Positions 61,269 through 64,000 of a DNA stretch of 64,000 bases are shown piece after piece. Source of the stretch: a virus. The notes beneath the pieces were generated by a model, which did not search any database, was not told the DNA's origin, and worked only from the letters and a program-made list of their open reading frames with translations. The stretch spans positions 14 through 64,013 of IMG/VR virus record IMGVR_UViG_2842363717_000002; one strand, given 5' to 3'. Numbering within the stretch: the stretch's first letter is position 1; the number at the start of each line of letters is the position of its first letter. The translations under genes were made by a program, and so were the position numbers.

Positions 61269-61472
61269 ATGTTGAACAGAAGAGTTCTTGAGACCGACGA
61301 CGACTATTCCCCGGCAGGCTGCGCCGCCGGTAGCGCGGAGCCGATCCGCAAAGCAGACCATCGTGCCAAGAAGCATCCCCGCCCCGCGCCGCGCAACTTA
61401 GTTTGCCGCGGCCGCCTTGCGTCGCGCCACCAGAAGCCTGGTCGCGTGTTCGCCGAGATGGAGGTGGAGTGA
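61269..61472 (+). CDS. phage hypothetical protein
   Basis: CACCAC-GAGGAGAC RBS. Confidence 0.55.
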   Translation: MLNRRVLETDDDYSPAGCAAGSAEPIRKADHRAKKHPRPAPRNLVCRGRLASRHQKPGRVFAEMEVE

Positions 61473-61591
61473 TGGACAACTCTGGCTTTTCCATTCGCGA
61501 TTTCATCAAAGACCTGATCGGCGCCCTTTCGGCCGTCTCGTTCGTCGCAGCCGTTTCGATCTGGCTGCCGTATGTCGTGCAGCACCACTAA
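61472..61591 (+). CDS. small membrane peptide
   Basis: Coupled to the previous ORF; hydrophobic. Confidence 0.5.
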   Translation: MDNSGFSIRDFIKDLIGALSAVSFVAAVSIWLPYVVQHH

Positions 61592-61625
61592 CCCACACCA
61601 CATCACGCTAGAGGAGACTGAAACA

Positions 61626-62309
61626 ATGAAATTCGACATTTTGAACAGATTCAGCGGAGAAGTGCAGGTCTCTGCCGAGATCGATTGCGACGCAAATGCC
61701 CTTCCGTCCGTGAAGCTTGGCCTCGCGGTCAAATGGGCGATCAAGGAAAAGGCCGACCTGTACGGCGCCGACCTGCGCAGCGCCGACCTGTACGGCGCCG
61801 ACCTGCGCAGCGCCGACCTGCGCAGCGCCGACCTGTACGGCGCCAACCTGCGCAGCGCCAACCTGTACGGCGCCGACCTGTACGGCGCCGACCTGCGCAG
61901 CGCCGACCTGTACGGCGCCGACCTGTACGGCGCCAACCTGCGCAGCGCCAACCTGTACGGCGCCGACCTGGGCGAGGCGAAAAACGCTGAGCTACCGATC
62001 GCGCAAACTCGCATCTTGCCGGAAGGCAGCATCATCGGATGGAAGAAGTGCCAGAAAGGCGTCATCGTCAAGTTGCGTATTCCCGAGGAAGCAAAACGGT
62101 CCCATGCATTCGGCCGCAAGTGCCGCGCTGAATTCGCCGATGTGATCGAAGTAATCGGCGGCAATGTCGGCATCAGCATGCACGATTACAGCACCGAGTA
62201 CCGCGCCGGCCAGCGCGTGCTGCCTGACAAATTTGACGAGAACTGGATGGAGGAATGCGCCGCAGGCATTCATTTCTTCATCACCCGCATAGAAGCCGAG
62301 AACTACTAA
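61626..62309 (+). CDS. pentapeptide-repeat protein with conserved C-terminal domain (DUF5758-like)
   Basis: 14 A[DN]L(YG/RS) repeats; GRKCRAE..CAAGIHFF. Confidence 0.88.
   Translation: MKFDILNRFSGEVQVSAEIDCDANALPSVKLGLAVKWAIKEKADLYGADLRSADLYGADLRSADLRSADLYGANLRSANLYGADLYGADLRSADLYGADLYGANLRSANLYGADLGEAKNAELPIAQTRILPEGSIIGWKKCQKGVIVKLRIPEEAKRSHAFGRKCRAEFADVIEVIGGNVGISMHDYSTEYRAGQRVLPDKFDENWMEECAAGIHFFITRIEAENY
61752..61970 (+). repeat. 15-bp tandem repeat array (14.6 units)
   Basis: GCC[GA]ACCTG followed by TACGGC or CGCAGC. Confidence 0.9.
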
Positions 62310-62416
62310 TTCAAATTGCCCGACGGGCAATGGGCGCGGTCGGTGATGATGGCTGCAACTTTCGTTTCCGTACCGCGCCCCAACCAATTCACCAACCACC
62401 ACAAAGGAGACCAAGC

Positions 62417-62689
62417 ATGACCACCAAGAGAAGACAGGCACCAGCCAACAGCAACCGCCTGCAGCCGACACGGCCAAGCAATTACGAGTTCATGCCTTAC
62501 ACCGGAACCGGCACTGAGGTCGTCGACGATCTCACCATTGGCGCGGCGCCCAGTTGGCGCCTGCTGCAAATCGCGCGCTGGCATGATGCAAAGCACGCCG
62601 GCCGCAACGGGCGGATAGCCAATACGCTGCGCCACGTGGCTGGGCGGCAGGATGATGCGAGGGCTGCGGCGCAGGCGGTGGCGGCATAA
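62417..62689 (+). CDS. phage hypothetical protein
   Basis: CCACCAC-AAAGGAGAC RBS. Confidence 0.6.
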   Translation: MTTKRRQAPANSNRLQPTRPSNYEFMPYTGTGTEVVDDLTIGAAPSWRLLQIARWHDAKHAGRNGRIANTLRHVAGRQDDARAAAQAVAA

Positions 62690-62907
62690 TGGCAAACACG
62701 GCATGGCGAAACGAAAAGCGAAGGCTGCGGGAGGCGGAGCGAGAAGCTGCCGAAGTGGCTGCCGCTGAGGAACGCAGCGACCGTCGCGAACATCTATGGA
62801 ACGTGCCCGAGCGCGCTCGGGACGCCTACATAGACATGGAAGACAGCTTCGGCCCTGAAACGGTGCTGGAATTCATGAAGGCAATGTATCCGGAGGCCGA
62901 GGCATGA
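62689..62907 (+). CDS. phage hypothetical protein
   Basis: Coupled ORF. Confidence 0.6.
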   Translation: MANTAWRNEKRRLREAEREAAEVAAAEERSDRREHLWNVPERARDAYIDMEDSFGPETVLEFMKAMYPEAEA

Positions 62908-63152
62908 CCCGCCAGCCAGCGAACGACAACCAGCCCCGCCTGATGGGAAGAAAGGATGCCGCAGCTTACTGCGGCATCGCCGAATCGACCTTCTCGCTTT
63001 GGGTGGCGACCCATAAGATGCCGCCGTGCATCCCTGGCACCCGCAAGTGGGACCGTCGGGCGATAGACGCTAAGCTTGACGAGATCAGCGGCCTCGGCGT
63101 CAATGACAACGAAGACCCTTATGAGAAGTGGATGCGTGAAAATGCGGGTTAA
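62904..63152 (+). CDS. xis: excisionase-like wHTH
   Basis: RLMGRKDAAAYCGIAESTF..WDRRAID; overlaps the integrase start. Confidence 0.75.
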   Translation: MTRQPANDNQPRLMGRKDAAAYCGIAESTFSLWVATHKMPPCIPGTRKWDRRAIDAKLDEISGLGVNDNEDPYEKWMRENAG

Positions 63153-64000
63153 GCTGAAGGGGCTCGCCAAGGTCAAGAAGGCCCTGGCCGACGGCAGGAC
63201 GGTCTATTACTGCTATGCCTGGCGCGGCGGGCCGCTCCTGAAGCACAAAGACGGCTCGCCGATCCAGCCTGGCGACCCGCTTCTCGTTAAGGCATTCACC
63301 GATGCTACGAAGGATCGACACGTCGATCCGACGGAGACGCTGAACGCAATCATTACCGAATACCGCGCGTCAACCGACTTCATGTCGCTCGCCGACAAGA
63401 CGCGCAAGGAATACGATCGCTACATCGACAAGATCCGCGACAAGTTCGGCAAAACACCCTTTTTCATGCTCGAGGATCCTCGATACCGAGGAGAGCTCAA
63501 AAAATGGCGCGACACCATGGCCGACAAGCCACGCACCGCCGATTACGCATGGACGACGCTTGCCAGGCTGCTTTCGTTCGGCAGGGACCGCGGGAAGCTG
63601 AAAATAAATATCGCCGAAAAAGGCGGCAGGCTCTACGAATCGGATCGCGCCGAGAAAATCTGGACCGACGAACTCCTGGAGAGGATTTTGGCAGTCCTTG
63701 ACCAACGGATGCGCGCTGCCGTGACCATGGCCCTGTGGACCGGCCAGCGGAAGGCTGACATTCTGAAGGCACCGCTGACAGACTACGACGGCCAACACAT
63801 CAAGGTGAAGCAGAACAAGCGCGGCGCCCGCGTGAAGATCCGCGCCGGCAAGCCGCTCAAAGACGCGCTCGACGAACTGCTGCGCGATCGGCCAGCCGCG
63901 AAGGGCAACGTCAAGTCCGCCACCCTCCTCACCAGTTCGTATGGCACGCCGTGGACGTCTGACGGTTTCGACACCGCCTGGCAGCGCGGCATGAAGAAGG
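63142..64000 (+). CDS. int: tyrosine integrase (truncated by the window edge)
   Basis: Arm-binding N-terminus YYCYAWRGG; LWTGQRKADIL catalytic Arg; VKQNKRG Lys loop. Confidence 0.92.
   Translation, partial: MRVKLKGLAKVKKALADGRTVYYCYAWRGGPLLKHKDGSPIQPGDPLLVKAFTDATKDRHVDPTETLNAIITEYRASTDFMSLADKTRKEYDRYIDKIRDKFGKTPFFMLEDPRYRGELKKWRDTMADKPRTADYAWTTLARLLSFGRDRGKLKINIAEKGGRLYESDRAEKIWTDELLERILAVLDQRMRAAVTMALWTGQRKADILKAPLTDYDGQHIKVKQNKRGARVKIRAGKPLKDALDELLRDRPAAKGNVKSATLLTSSYGTPWTSDGFDTAWQRGMKK

Larger units (their letters stand above)
1049..64000. mobile_element. HK97-like temperate siphovirus prophage, continuing beyond the window
   Basis: att fragment at left; lysis, tail, head, terminase, replication and repressor modules; xis and integrase at right. 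Confidence 0.95.

Noticed and set aside
61304-62179. Minus-strand SAPYR/SALRR repeat ORF
   Set aside because: Reverse-frame reading of the pentapeptide repeat array.
2119-62689. C-terminal AA enrichment (about 18 proteins) as stand-alone proof of ClpX degrons
   Set aside because: Many of these ends overlap the next gene's RBS and ATGA (GAG GCN GCA TGA), which by itself yields EAA; only counted when accompanied by ANDN.
1-64000. Phage-encoded tmRNA as the source of the ANDN motifs
   Set aside because: No tmRNA-like gene recognised; all ANDN copies are in-frame within ordinary CDSs.

Overview
Bases 1-1048 are host DNA (a csbD-like gene and small ORFs). Almost all the rest (about 1049 to beyond 64000) is one large, apparently intact HK97-like siphovirus prophage. 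It looks alphaproteobacterial, probably Rhizobiaceae (an inference from gene content and the initiator-tRNA sequence). Its left end is a duplicated 3' half of tRNA-Lys(UUU), and a tyrosine integrase runs off the right edge. The minus strand, read from about 59050 downwards, carries early recombination/replication genes (Sak4-like ATPase, SSB, DnaN, PD-(D/E)xK nuclease, two sigma-like genes, helicases, methyltransferase, primase-helicase). It continues with tRNA-Pro and tRNA-fMet, HNH/terminase/portal/capsid/tail genes, a lysis cassette, a large FAD-oxidoreductase-like gene and an 8 kb accessory operon. The plus strand carries two CI-like repressors, a pentapeptide-repeat gene, xis/int and several morons. 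Four signals stand out. (1) The peptide ANDN, the N-terminal SspB-binding part of the alphaproteobacterial tmRNA tag, occurs 19 times in 15 phage proteins with synonymous codon variation, and four proteins end in near-complete tag mimics. (2) About 19 genes share an extended ribosome-binding motif, CCACCAC-N-GAGGAGAC, and a predicted phage sRNA (about 59815-59995) carries the complement of both halves, suggesting an RNA-based global repressor. (3) A TTGACAAATTTGT promoter/operator is repeated 8 times. (4) There is a MotA/TolQ-like plus Asp-TM partner membrane module behind a secreted protease. All family assignments come from visual motif recognition; no database searches or folding programs were run.
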